Shown: positions 1-9,372, counted from the stretch's first letter. The stretch: 32,000 nucleotides of DNA from Candidatus Methanoperedens sp. (GCA_027460535.1 JAPZAR010000010.1:120001-152000); one strand, 5' to 3'. Notes: generated from the sequence alone by a model not told the origin. A program made the numbers and translations.

Positions 1-1106
1 AGCTGTGTATTTTTGTCGTTAAGCTCATTTGAGAGCGTTTCAATTCTTAGGTTTTCTTCATTCAATTTGGTGTCATGTTCTGCTACCCTTCCCTGGGTTG
101 AATCTACTTCCAGGAAGGATTTTCTTCGCTGGGATTCGATATCATTTATTTCGTTTTCCGCAAGTTCTATGGTGCCGAAGCAGCGGGATATCTCACCCTT
201 GATGGATTCGATGTCTTTCCTGAGGGCGATCTGTTCGCCTTCACCTTTCTGCATTATAGCGGAATTCAGGTTAGCGAGTTTTTCTTCGATCCCACTGAGC
301 TCGTTCCTGCGCTCTTCCACCAGTTTTACAAGTTCCTCTCTCCTCGTCTCCTTATCACGCATCTCTCCCGTGATTTTCTCCTGTTCGTTCCTTGCATCTT
401 TGAGCTTCGCCAGCAGAACGTATCCCTCATATTTTCGTTTCTCGTCCCTGAGAGATTGGTATTTCAAAGCCTGGTCGCGTTCCTGCTGGAGCCTGGCCAG
501 CTGGTCATACACTTCTGCCAGTATGATATCCACGCGTTCTATGCGCTCCCTGACGATCTCAAGCTCGTTCATGGCCTGGTCTTTTTTCTCATCAAATTCT
601 GCCACACCTGCTATCTCATCGATTATCTTCCGTCTCTCTGTGGCGGTCATCTCTATGATCCGTGTGACATCCCCCTGCATCACAACGTTGTAACCTTCAG
701 GCGTTATTTTGGCCCGGGAGAGATGGTTATGAATATCCGTCAGGCTGACTGGCGTATCATTAAAATAATAGTAACTGTAATATCCAGTTTCGGTCTGCCT
801 CACTTTGCGCGTAATTACGATCTCATCAGAATCCACCGGCATCTCGCGGTCGGTATTATCAAAACGGATCGTGACCTGGGCATAATCTTTTCTCCCCTTA
901 TCGGCATTGTATATAAGGTCTGTGAGTTTCTCGGCCCTCATCACCCTTGAATTTGAAAGACCGAGGGCGAAAAGGATACCGTCGATAATATTGGATTTGC
1001 CGCTTCCGTTTGGTCCTGAAATAGTGGTGAAATCATCAAAAAAAGGGATTTTTACTTTTTTACCGAAGGATTTGAAGTTTTGAAGTTCTATCTCTTTGAT
1101 ATGCAA
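1..1106 (-). CDS. smc: SMC chromosome-segregation ATPase, N-terminal head plus coiled coil (partial; continues beyond the left edge)
   Basis: Absent from the ORF track because it has no stop in the window. My reverse-strand translation from TTG 1106-1104 reads (M)HIKEIELQNFKSFGKKVKIPFFDDFTTISGPNGSGKSNIIDGILFALGLSNSRVMRAEKLTDLIYN, followed by ~300 aa of coiled coil, and stays open to position 3. It has the Walker A GPNGSGKS and the FKSF head signature. GAGGT lies at 1116-1112, 5 nt upstream of the TTG. Confidence 0.9.
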   Translation of the reverse strand, partial: MHIKEIELQNFKSFGKKVKIPFFDDFTTISGPNGSGKSNIIDGILFALGLSNSRVMRAEKLTDLIYNADKGRKDYAQVTIRFDNTDREMPVDSDEIVITRKVRQTETGYYSYYYFNDTPVSLTDIHNHLSRAKITPEGYNVVMQGDVTRIIEMTATERRKIIDEIAGVAEFDEKKDQAMNELEIVRERIERVDIILAEVYDQLARLQQERDQALKYQSLRDEKRKYEGYVLLAKLKDARNEQEKITGEMRDKETRREELVKLVEERRNELSGIEEKLANLNSAIMQKGEGEQIALRKDIESIKGEISRCFGTIELAENEINDIESQRRKSFLEVDSTQGRVAEHDTKLNEENLRIETLSNELNDKNTQ

Positions 1107-1109
1107 TAT

Positions 1110-1790
1110 TTACCTCTTTTTAGGAGTTTCAAATATTACCACACCTTCCTTCACGCTTTCACTTTTCCTGACCTCTTGCCTTTTTAAAGGTTTTTCTTCC
1201 GGCTTATTCTCCGATCTGGCCGGTACGTCATCTGCTTCTATGATAGCCTGCTGTTTTCTCTTATCTTTGGGCACGTAATTCTCAGCGATTATGTACTCGC
1301 CTTTTGGCCTTGGCTTCTCCAGAGGCTTTACCTCTTCCCTGGGTTTTGTCTCTTTGGGCTTCGGCTCTTCCCTAACCGCGGGCGGTTTTTTGGGCTTGAG
1401 TTCCTGGAGTATGGATTTCTGGTCAAGAAGCTCTTTCATGACACCATCATAAGAGCTGTTAAGTTCCATGAGACGCCTTTCTATCCGTTCCATCCTTTTT
1501 TCAGCTTCCCGGAGAACATCTGTCTCGGACTTTCGCTGTTCAAGCACTGAGTCCCTGAGGGATTTATTCATCTCTATGATCTCACTCGCCTTTTCACCAA
1601 ATTTTTGCCTGAGATCATCCAGAGTGGATTCCCGAAGCTTGATCTTATCAGTGAACCTTTTTTCCATTTCAGCGATGATGGATTCCCGCCAGGATTCCTG
1701 CATCTTTTCTATCTCCAAGTCCCGGGCCGCCAGTTTTTGCTCAAGCCTCTCAATTATAATATCCCTTTCAGTGCTCATCTTTTCCCTCAT
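1110..1790 (-). CDS. Coiled-coil protein of unknown function with a Lys/Pro/Glu-rich linker, directly upstream of smc
   Basis: 226-aa ORF with heptad-rich charged sequence (EKMQESWRESIIAEMEKRF..., ERRLMELNSS...) followed by KPKKPPAVREEPKPKETKPREEVKPLEKPRPKG. The stop TAA (1112-1110) lies 3 nt before the smc TTG. A second in-frame ATG at 1778 has GAGGG 5 nt upstream and may be the true start. Confidence 0.7.
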   Translation of the reverse strand: MREKMSTERDIIIERLEQKLAARDLEIEKMQESWRESIIAEMEKRFTDKIKLRESTLDDLRQKFGEKASEIIEMNKSLRDSVLEQRKSETDVLREAEKRMERIERRLMELNSSYDGVMKELLDQKSILQELKPKKPPAVREEPKPKETKPREEVKPLEKPRPKGEYIIAENYVPKDKRKQQAIIEADDVPARSENKPEEKPLKRQEVRKSESVKEGVVIFETPKKR

Positions 1791-1872
1791 TCTCTAAACA
1801 GTGGAAGCAGTCAAATAGATTTTGGTAGATCTGACTTTTTCATATTAGTCATATCCTATTAAGTTAAATATT

Positions 1873-3171
1873 TTATGGGGACAATCGTTTCCTGTCCCGC
1901 GGGAACAGCACGACCTCGCGGATATTCTCGATATCCAGCATTGTCATGAGAAGCCGTTCCGCTCCCAGGCCCCAGCCCGCATGCGGCGGCATGCCGAACT
2001 TGAATGCCTTGAGATAGAACTCGAACCCGTCGGGGTTCAGCCCCTGATCCGTTATCCTGCTGCGCAGCAGTTCGTACGAATGCACACGCTGTGCTCCCGA
2101 AGAGAGTTCCATGCGCGGATGCATCATATCGAACGCCCTGCAAATCTCAGGCTTATTCTCGTATGGCATTGCGTAGAAGGGCTTTATTTTTGTAGGCCAA
2201 TCTACGATGAAATAATGCTCTCCTATCGCCTTTCCGATGGAGTGCTCGGATTCTGTACTCAGGTCATCACCCCATTCTATTTGTTCACCATTCTCCCGGG
2301 CTATGTTTATTGCCTCTTCATATGTTATACGCCTGAATGGGGTTTTTGGGATTTTCAGCTCCACACCGAGTTTTTCCAGATAATTTGCACCGTTCTTTGC
2401 AACGCCGGTATAAACATAATTGACAAGGTTTTCAAGTATGACCATCACATCCTCGTTATCAAGAAAACTCGCCTCGATATCGATCGAGGTGGCCTCATTC
2501 AAATGCTTTCGCGTATCGTGTTCTTCAGCCCTGAATATGGGGCCAATCTCGAATACGCGGTCAAGTCCGCCGGACATCATAAGCTGCTTGAACAACTGCG
2601 GGCTCTGGTTCAGAAAAGCCTCGCGTTCAAAATACGTTATCGGAAAAAGGGCGGTCCCTCCCTCGGTAGCGGTGGCAACCACCTTGGGGGTCGTAATCTC
2701 AACAAATCCTTCCCGTTCAAGGAACTCCCTTATGCTCTTCAGAATAAGGTGCCTTATCCTGAAGATCGCCTGGGTAGACGCACGCCGCATATCCATGAAC
2801 CTCGCATCCAGCCTTGTATCAAGATCGGCATCCACTTTACCCGTGGTGTCCATGGGCAGCGGTGAATCCGCTTTACCAAGTACCTTCACATCGGTCGGGA
2901 CAAGTTCATACCCATTAGGTGCCTTTGCCTCTTTTTTGACATTTCCAGTGACAGCAACCACCGACTCGCGGGAGATGTTCCGTACGATTTCTAAAACGTT
3001 CTTGTCTATGGTTTTCTTGAATAATGTGACCTGTACAAGCCCTTCCCTGTCCCTTACTACCAGAAAAGTGATCCCGCCAAGATCGCGTATCTCATGCGCC
3101 CAGCCGCAAATAGTGACTGTTCTTCCGTTCATTTCTGGTGTTATCTGAGTTGAGTAATGAGTTCTTATCAT
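1873..3171 (-). CDS. aspS: Aspartyl-tRNA synthetase, archaeal type (class IIb)
   Basis: 432 aa with an ATG start. [44 protein letters not shown] forms the OB anticodon-binding fold. Class II motifs are present: [34 protein letters not shown] and the [11 protein letters not shown] end. It is colinear with known archaeal AspRS. Confidence 0.95.
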   Translation of the reverse strand: MIRTHYSTQITPEMNGRTVTICGWAHEIRDLGGITFLVVRDREGLVQVTLFKKTIDKNVLEIVRNISRESVVAVTGNVKKEAKAPNGYELVPTDVKVLGKADSPLPMDTTGKVDADLDTRLDARFMDMRRASTQAIFRIRHLILKSIREFLEREGFVEITTPKVVATATEGGTALFPITYFEREAFLNQSPQLFKQLMMSGGLDRVFEIGPIFRAEEHDTRKHLNEATSIDIEASFLDNEDVMVILENLVNYVYTGVAKNGANYLEKLGVELKIPKTPFRRITYEEAINIARENGEQIEWGDDLSTESEHSIGKAIGEHYFIVDWPTKIKPFYAMPYENKPEICRAFDMMHPRMELSSGAQRVHSYELLRSRITDQGLNPDGFEFYLKAFKFGMPPHAGWGLGAERLLMTMLDIENIREVVLFPRDRKRLSP

Positions 3172-3290
3172 GACTATCTTCGCTCTTAATTGAGTAATTC
3201 TATTATTAATCTATTGTATGAAGATTGCAATCCATATTCAGAAGCTCCAGAACAGTATGACTTTGAATATTCCAAATGCTGGATCAATTT

Positions 3291-3297
3291 AAAAAAA
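3291..3297 (-). terminator. Oligo-T tract (T7 on the minus strand) 12 nt after the SIMPL gene stop
   Basis: A7 on the plus strand at 3291-3297 equals T7 on the coding strand just downstream of the stop at 3309-3311. Archaeal termination commonly uses oligo-T. Confidence 0.3.
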
Positions 3298-3308
3298 GTG
3301 AATTACCT

Positions 3309-4061
3309 CTACTCGATTATATATTCCACCTGAACTGACAGCGTCACCATGGACTCACCTGGCAGGACCGGAGTTGCTGCTTTTTCTGCTAATACCGTCG
3401 TCTGGAATAATGGTTGCGGAAATCCACCCTCGCTTATCGAAGTGGCCCTGACGCTGACAATCCTGACATTCAGGCTCTCTGCAAGTTTTTTGGCCTTATC
3501 TCCAGCATCCTTTACCGCATTGACCAGCAGGTCATCCCGGGCTTGTTTCTGCTTTTCTTCTGATACCATAAAAGATATCCCGCTGACCTGGTTAGCCCCG
3601 GAATTCACCGATTTATCCACTATATCCCCAAGTTTATCAAGCATCTGGGTGGTTACCTGGACATTATTTGAGGCAGTATATCCCACAATCCCTTGTGTAA
3701 TGCCATCCCTGCTATAGTTGTATACAGGCTGGACCGAAAGAAACGTTGTTCTGATCTCCTTATCCGCCAGCCCCAGATTTTTCAGCGCGCTTATTACGGC
3801 ATTCATCAGAACAGCATTTTTTTCTGAAGCTTCACTTGCATCTTTTCCCTGGGTCTGGACGCCGATACTTAGGGAAGCCGTATCGGGAATTACAAATGTG
3901 GATGCCGAGCCAGAAACGGAAAGAGTATGATCTTCCTTCTGCGATACGGACGATTTTCCCCCGCCTGCCATAAAGGCGTACAAGCTAGCCGCTGTTAGCA
4001 CAAGGGCTATTGAGAGTATAACTATGAATAAATAGATTCTATTATCGGATATTTCTTTCAT
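3309..4061 (-). CDS. SIMPL / DUF541 family protein (YggE-like), N-terminally membrane anchored
   Basis: MKEISDNRIYLFIVILSIALVLTAASLYAF is the TM anchor. The rest is typical SIMPL layout (SVSGSASTFVIPDTASLSIGVQTQGKDASEA...NAVKDAGDKAKKLAESLN...). The track start at 4088 is a TTG extension; ATG 4061 is preferred. Confidence 0.8.
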   Translation of the reverse strand: MKEISDNRIYLFIVILSIALVLTAASLYAFMAGGGKSSVSQKEDHTLSVSGSASTFVIPDTASLSIGVQTQGKDASEASEKNAVLMNAVISALKNLGLADKEIRTTFLSVQPVYNYSRDGITQGIVGYTASNNVQVTTQMLDKLGDIVDKSVNSGANQVSGISFMVSEEKQKQARDDLLVNAVKDAGDKAKKLAESLNVRIVSVRATSISEGGFPQPLFQTTVLAEKAATPVLPGESMVTLSVQVEYIIE

Positions 4062-4149
4062 ATGAACCAACCCTGCTCCAGGGAGCAAAGTAATGTTGGT
4101 TCTTATAGGAGATAAACTTTATTTTCCAAATATCTCGTTTTTTCCTTTA

Positions 4150-5430
4150 TCATTTATCTTCATTTTTTCCAAGGTTCTCGGGCGTCTCACCGATCTCAAC
4201 CAGAACTTCTGCCGCCCTCTTCCTTACTGCAACGTCTCCTCCCTTCAGAGCCTTGATCAAGGGCCCAACCACCGGTTCTCCTATTTTCACCAGGGCTGCG
4301 GCTGCTTCCTCCCTCACATATTCATTCCTGTCTTTCAGGGCCAATATCAATGCTTCAACTGCTGGTTCTCCTATCTTTACCAGAGCCGAAGCCGCATCCT
4401 CCCGTACATATTCATTCCCATCCTTCAAAGCCGCTATCAAAGGTTCTACGGCAGGTTCGCCTATCTTTACAAGAGCTCCTGTCGATCTCCATCTGACATC
4501 CCAGTCCTCATCCTTCAGGGCGGAAATCAAAGGTTCTACCGCAGGTTCTCCTATCCTTACAAGCGCCTCGGCCGCTTCCTCCCGGATATCCGGGAAAATA
4601 TCCCTTAAACAGAGAATGAGCGGTTCCACACTCTTTTTATCTCCAATCTTCCCGAGAGCTTCTACTGCTTTCTTCCGAACTTCAAGGTCACCATCCTTCA
4701 ATGAATGAACAAGAGGTTCTATTGCCCTTTTATTGCCTATTTCCCCAAGAGCTTCTGCTGCTCTCTTTCTGACATACTCATTCCCATCCTTCAAAGCCAT
4801 AATAAGAGATCCCACTGTTCTCTTATCTTCAATTTTTACTAGCGCATCTCCTGCCAAATCCCTTACATACTCGCTCCCATCTCTCAGGGCAGATATCAGG
4901 GGTTCCAACGCCCGTTTATCCCCTATCTTTCCAAGGGCTTCGGCCGCTTCCTCCCTTACATACTCGCTCCCATCCTTTAAGACAGATATCAGGGGCTCTA
5001 CTGCTCTTTTATCCCCTATCTTCCCGAGAGCTTTTGACGCTTCCTCCCTGACATACTCGCTTTCATCTTTCAGGGCTGCGATCAGAGGTTCAACTGCTCT
5101 TTTATCACCTATGCTTCCAAGGGCCTCTACCGCTCTCCATCGAACATGTTTACTCGTATCTTTTAAAGCCGCAATGAGGGGTTCTACCGCCCTTCTATCC
5201 CCTATCTCCCCCAGAACTTCTGAAGTTCTTTTTCGAATATGGCAATTTTTATCCTTTAATGCCTGACTTAGGGATTCCACTGCTCTTTTGTCGCCAATAT
5301 TGCCCAGAGCCCCAACCGCTTTCATTCGAACTTGCTCGTTCTTATTCTTCAGCGCCTCCATAAGTCCTTTTACATCACTTTTGGCCTCCATTCTTTCCAC
5401 ATCATGCTTAAAAAAATCAAGTAATCCCAT
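4150..5430 (-). CDS. HEAT-repeat protein (PBS-lyase HEAT-like repeats), 13 tandem units
   Basis: 426 aa made almost entirely of 30-31-aa units with consensus AVEPLIAALKDxxEYVREEAAEALGKIGDKR. ATG at 5430 has AGGGGTG upstream. Confidence 0.9.
   Translation of the reverse strand: MGLLDFFKHDVERMEAKSDVKGLMEALKNKNEQVRMKAVGALGNIGDKRAVESLSQALKDKNCHIRKRTSEVLGEIGDRRAVEPLIAALKDTSKHVRWRAVEALGSIGDKRAVEPLIAALKDESEYVREEASKALGKIGDKRAVEPLISVLKDGSEYVREEAAEALGKIGDKRALEPLISALRDGSEYVRDLAGDALVKIEDKRTVGSLIMALKDGNEYVRKRAAEALGEIGNKRAIEPLVHSLKDGDLEVRKKAVEALGKIGDKKSVEPLILCLRDIFPDIREEAAEALVRIGEPAVEPLISALKDEDWDVRWRSTGALVKIGEPAVEPLIAALKDGNEYVREDAASALVKIGEPAVEALILALKDRNEYVREEAAAALVKIGEPVVGPLIKALKGGDVAVRKRAAEVLVEIGETPENLGKNEDK
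4185..5373. repeat. Coding tandem repeat, 93-nt then 90-nt period (HEAT units)
   Basis: Thirteen consecutive protein units counted by hand. Units 1-8 end in GDKR/GDRR/GNKR/GDKK (31 aa). Units 9-12 end in GEP (30 aa). Confidence 0.85.
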
Positions 5431-5753
5431 TTATACGCACCCCTGAACAACCATCTTTTTTAAAATAACCACATATCATATACATTGATAACATCCCATA
5501 TCTAACGACCTACTTCCTACGAGCGACCTCTTAAATTTAAGTATAACTTCTTGCTATATAAATTAATCAGTTTTCAAAAATAAAAATTAATATAATAATA
5601 ATTATTATGAAACAAATTATAGTAAGAATTTCAATTGCGGTCTGGCCTTGATTCAAGCCTGGTTCCTGAGAGGATCTTTGAAATCCGATAGACGCTTGGG
5701 TAGAAATGTATATAACTCATTAAAGAATTTATTGTAGCCTGAGGGAAATGATT

Positions 5754-6299
5754 ATGGATCCGAAAATTAAAAGCTATCTTCCTTTAATTATCATATTCTT
5801 TGTACTTGGAGTGGTAGCAGGATATTTATTGCATCAACCGGCAACAATAGAAAAACCCATTTATATAAACCAAACTATCGAAACAACAGTCGAAAAGACC
5901 GTAACTGCAACAGCCACACCTGCTTCAACGGCAATAATGACCCCAACACCAACGCTTACCGAAACACCTCAACCTGTTCCTGATTTTACTGTGAAGATCT
6001 GGAACCCGGATACGGATAATCCTACGTACACCATACAGCTGCGGAACCAGAAGGTTGACCCTAACACACTTTCCATAAACACGGGAGATACGGTTCTGAT
6101 CAGGATAACCGATTTTTCAGTGTTCTCTCCAATGGAACTTATCATAAATTCTTCATACACGCAGAACCTCGGCACGAGCGGCGCAGTGGTCGTGACTTTC
6201 AATAATAAGGGGCTATACAGTCTGGACGCGATCATTCCCTCAGGCGATCCTAACGTGTTTCCGCGAATATACGGGCATGGAATGATAACCGTAAATTAG
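5754..6299 (+). CDS. Small membrane-anchored protein with Thr/Pro linker and a possible cupredoxin-like beta domain
   Basis: TM helix SYLPLIIIFFVLGVVAGYLL, linker TATATPASTAIMTPTPTLTETPQP, then a beta-rich domain with SINTGDTVLIRITD ... YGHGMITVN. GAGGG (5741-5745) is better spaced for ATG 5754 than for ATG 5748. The fold assignment is weak. Confidence 0.55.
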   Translation: MDPKIKSYLPLIIIFFVLGVVAGYLLHQPATIEKPIYINQTIETTVEKTVTATATPASTAIMTPTPTLTETPQPVPDFTVKIWNPDTDNPTYTIQLRNQKVDPNTLSINTGDTVLIRITDFSVFSPMELIINSSYTQNLGTSGAVVVTFNNKGLYSLDAIIPSGDPNVFPRIYGHGMITVN

Positions 6300-6982
6300 G
6301 AAAAATATCTCAGTGCACCCAGCGCGTTCACGACCTGCGGTTCAACAGGGATCGTGATTTTTTTCCCGATGATCTCCCTCAGGGCCGAAACCATTCCTTT
6401 ATTTTTTACAGTTCCGCCAATCAGGACGATATGTTCGGTTTCAGGAACCATATATGAAATCCTCCGCGCGAACGCATAATGCATCCCTGCGATCACTTCT
6501 TCTTTTGAGTAGCCCGCTACAAGTTGCGAGATCATCTCTGAAATTGCGAAAACTCCGCACGTGTTATTAATATCAGGGATGCGCTCTGCTTGAAAGTGCA
6601 GCGAACCCAGGTCATCCAGCTCAATTTTAAAATAATTTGCCACGAATTCAAGGAATGCGCCCGTACCTGCGCTGCATTTGTCATTGATCACAAAGTTATT
6701 CCTTTTTATGTCTATGACTTTGGTATCCTGCCCGCCTATATCGACGATTACATCTGCTTCAGGATAATAATGGCGCACGCCGTAAATGGCGGCGGTTATT
6801 TCCGTCACCGATGCTCGATGCGGGACGGAGTTCCTGAAATAACCCGTTGAAACGATTTCGTCTTTATCCATCCCGCTCACAAGGTCCTTCCAGTTGTGCG
6901 TACCCGTTATGGCGTATTTGATATCGCCATTCTCTATCCGGACGATTTTTGCAGTCGTACTTCCCACATCAAGCCCTATCAT
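6296..6982 (-). CDS. BadF/BadG/BcrA/BcrD-type ATPase, HgdC-like activase ([4Fe-4S]-bridged electron-transfer ATPase)
   Basis: MIGLDVGSTTAKIV (phosphate-1), DIGGQDTKVI (phosphate-2), NDKCSAGTGAFLE and NNTCGVFAISE (the two cluster Cys positions of HgdC-type activators), LIGGTVKNKGM (adenosine motif). Confidence 0.85.
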   Translation of the reverse strand: MIGLDVGSTTAKIVRIENGDIKYAITGTHNWKDLVSGMDKDEIVSTGYFRNSVPHRASVTEITAAIYGVRHYYPEADVIVDIGGQDTKVIDIKRNNFVINDKCSAGTGAFLEFVANYFKIELDDLGSLHFQAERIPDINNTCGVFAISEMISQLVAGYSKEEVIAGMHYAFARRISYMVPETEHIVLIGGTVKNKGMVSALREIIGKKITIPVEPQVVNALGALRYFS

Positions 6983-7926
6983 AATTTCTCAAGCATCTCC
7001 CTGAATGCTTCAAGCCGCAGTCTTACCTGTTCCGGGGTATTACCCGGAAGGTCCCCCTGTATGGTCAATACGGGATAGTCCAGTTCTGCTCTTAAAATCT
7101 CATCCTCAAGCACATGATGGCATGCGAACTGGGTGTAATGTACAACTCCATCCACTTTTCTTTTTTCCAGTTCTTTTTGGAGAAAATCTATCCTGAAATC
7201 AAGCGGTCTTGCAAACGTATAATCGCAATAATCGAGCGCAATCTCACCAATATCATTTCCCCCATGCCTTACGAACTCATAGGGAAGTTCATCAAAAACG
7301 ATGGAAATACCAAGTGTTTCTGCAATTTCATGAAAATCATGGTATATCGGGGGCACTCCCAGCAGTGCCACCCGGTTATTTTGCTGGATTGTTGTTTTGT
7401 CCGCCGATTCGATAACTCTTCTAAACTTATTTAGATCACCTGAAAGGTCGCTAAAAGAAATCAAGATGTTAAAAGCGTCTTTTGATGCGATCTTTCCCCT
7501 GCATCTTTTCGAATCGATCTCTTTCCCCAGTTTCTTAAGTCCTGCAATATCTTTTAATTTTTCGGGAGACTCCATGCCTCCAAGAAACCCTGTAAGCCTG
7601 TTCAATTGCGATTCCATGAATACGGGATCACCGTCGAACGGGTAGAAGAAAAAGTGCGTCGGTATTCCGCTCATCGCCACTTTCTGACCGTCCACAAGGG
7701 CATTATGGCAGTCACCTCCTGCCACCACTATAAGGGAGTCAATAGCGGTCTCTCTATTGACCAGCATCTCTTTCCATATCGCTGTCCATGCGCACAACTT
7801 GTTTTTCGGGTGTTTTCTGGATTCTGGAATGACATTATTGACATCCAGCGGTTCGTTGCCGGATGCAAATATCAATTCAGGAGGAACAAGTGCGGTTATT
7901 CCGATTTTTGGCACATGCATCCCCAT
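6979..7926 (-). CDS. 2-hydroxyacyl-CoA dehydratase (HgdB/D-component) family protein, short form
   Basis: 315 aa with IGITALVPPELIFASG, VVAGGDCHNAL and YTQFACHHVLED, typical of the HGD-D family. The stop overlaps the activase ATG (ATGA at 6979-6982), indicating an operon. Confidence 0.75.
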   Translation of the reverse strand: MGMHVPKIGITALVPPELIFASGNEPLDVNNVIPESRKHPKNKLCAWTAIWKEMLVNRETAIDSLIVVAGGDCHNALVDGQKVAMSGIPTHFFFYPFDGDPVFMESQLNRLTGFLGGMESPEKLKDIAGLKKLGKEIDSKRCRGKIASKDAFNILISFSDLSGDLNKFRRVIESADKTTIQQNNRVALLGVPPIYHDFHEIAETLGISIVFDELPYEFVRHGGNDIGEIALDYCDYTFARPLDFRIDFLQKELEKRKVDGVVHYTQFACHHVLEDEILRAELDYPVLTIQGDLPGNTPEQVRLRLEAFREMLEKL

Positions 7927-8060
7927 TGTATACAGGTATTTATTCCTTTGTATTAAATATCTTTATAATGTGGCGAAAGATTTAGCGTGTGGCATTCTTT
8001 TTGACATATCGTGTGGGCAGACTCCATCCAGATATGATGTGCATGTATTTTTAAGATTTA

Positions 8061-8078
8061 TACATAAAATATATAATT
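8061..8078 (+). promoter_or_regulatory. TATA-like box (tacataaaatatataatt) about 29 nt upstream of ATG 8102
   Basis: AT-rich box at a spacing compatible with a leaderless or short-leader archaeal transcript. Confidence 0.3.
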
Positions 8079-8101
8079 ACTCTTGTACAATTAGTATTGC
8101 C

Positions 8102-8425
8102 ATGGAAGATCAGATATATTCAGACCCTGTCCATAATCTGAATTGCAGGCTGCGTTTTACCTGCGGTGCGATGCATTGCTCAGGAGGATTCTTAAACGCA
8201 GAATTTTCAAACCCGGATCATCCCTCGTGCTATATCGAGAAGTTCAAACGCTATCAGCCGGAGAATGAGCTATGGTACAATAAAAGCTGGGAGGAGGTCA
8301 ACAGGATCACCTGGAGAGAAGTCCTTGGTCTCCAAGAATCCTGGATATATGCTCTGCTTCTCATTATAATTATTGTTTTTATATTTATGGTAATGATATT
8401 AATAAAATTATTATTCAAGTTTTAA
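8102..8425 (+). CDS. Hypothetical small Cys-containing tail-anchored membrane protein (107 aa)
   Basis: [29 protein letters not shown]...C... followed by the C-terminal helix [25 protein letters not shown]. This is the ATG-initiated part of track ORF 7757..8425. A TATA-like box lies upstream. No family recognised. Confidence 0.3.
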   Translation: MEDQIYSDPVHNLNCRLRFTCGAMHCSGGFLNAEFSNPDHPSCYIEKFKRYQPENELWYNKSWEEVNRITWREVLGLQESWIYALLLIIIIVFIFMVMILIKLLFKF

Positions 8426-9372
8426 CTAATATTATTGATTTCCTGCCTTAATTCCCCAAGTGTTGATTTGCGCTCAGCGAACGCATTATGCCGGTGGATA
8501 CTTTCCTCGTTGATCTGCTTTATGGTGATGATCGAATCGTCCGGTAAATTTTGGAATTCCATTACGACCTTTTGCGCCATCGTGCGCACGCAATCTTCCA
8601 CGAATTTGGGGTTCTTATGTGACCGTTCCACGATCGCGGCCTCATCTGACCTCTTTAATAGTTCAAACATCTGGGAACTCATTGAGTTCTCTATTATATT
8701 GATGATTTTTTCCAGGGAGACAAAGTTGCTGTCATGAACTTCGATTGAAATAATTCCCCGCCCTCTCTGGTTGTGCGTGGGCATGGGTACTCGGGCCAGA
8801 AACTTTTTGATGATCTCGCCTTCCACACCTAGAGACCTTAATTCATTCTTTGCTTTATCCCGCATGATTTCCTGGGCGCAGGGGCATGCAGTAATGCCAA
8901 GAACTTCGGCACCCACCAGTTTTCTTATAGTCAGGTTTTCGCCCCTGGTCGCTTTGGATTCCGCGAAAATATTCACCACTTCCTGACATTTTATTTTCGT
9001 GGCGGGGGTTTCTCTCTTTATGACATATTCACTTCTCATCCTGACCTCGGCGTTAAGTGCATATTCATGCCGGTCAATAAGCCTCTTTGCAACTTCGCCG
9101 CATAAGTCCTCTATCTCATAAACCGGCGCTGCGATCATTTCTTCAAGCACTGCATCTATCGCCTCAAAATTCCTGGATAGATTGGCGCCTTTGCGGTCGG
9201 AGGGTAAGTCAACAAAAATATCGAAGGTTGATACAAGCACGATAGGACGTTTATCCTTCCGTGCTACTTCAACGAGTTTCTTCACATCCGTTACCCCAAC
9301 CCTTGTCAGAGTGAGGGGGATCTCGGGCCGATTTGCCTGGATATCGGGAAGATGTATGACGGGAAGTTCCAT
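8422..9372 (-). CDS. mptA: GTP cyclohydrolase MptA (FolE2/type IB family; first step of methanopterin/folate-type pterin synthesis)
   Basis: 316 aa with [42 protein letters not shown] and HNQRGRG, colinear with the archaeal MptA/FolE2 family. Confidence 0.9.
   Translation of the reverse strand: MELPVIHLPDIQANRPEIPLTLTRVGVTDVKKLVEVARKDKRPIVLVSTFDIFVDLPSDRKGANLSRNFEAIDAVLEEMIAAPVYEIEDLCGEVAKRLIDRHEYALNAEVRMRSEYVIKRETPATKIKCQEVVNIFAESKATRGENLTIRKLVGAEVLGITACPCAQEIMRDKAKNELRSLGVEGEIIKKFLARVPMPTHNQRGRGIISIEVHDSNFVSLEKIINIIENSMSSQMFELLKRSDEAAIVERSHKNPKFVEDCVRTMAQKVVMEFQNLPDDSIITIKQINEESIHRHNAFAERKSTLGELRQEINNIS

Noticed and set aside
4093-5266. Repetitive plus-strand ORFs (4093..4608, 4253..4708, 4733..5266) and a regular ~90-nt periodicity that could suggest a CRISPR-like or satellite array
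   Set aside because: The periodicity is fully explained by the minus-strand HEAT-repeat coding sequence. Units are contiguous with no unique spacers, and the antisense products are low-complexity.
5618-5662. 14-codon mini-ORF (MKQIIVRISIAVWP) and the 11-bp palindrome CTTGATTCAAG in the 317-nt divergent spacer
   Set aside because: These are too short and lack context to support a call. They may be promoter or operator sequence for the divergent HEAT and cupredoxin-like genes.
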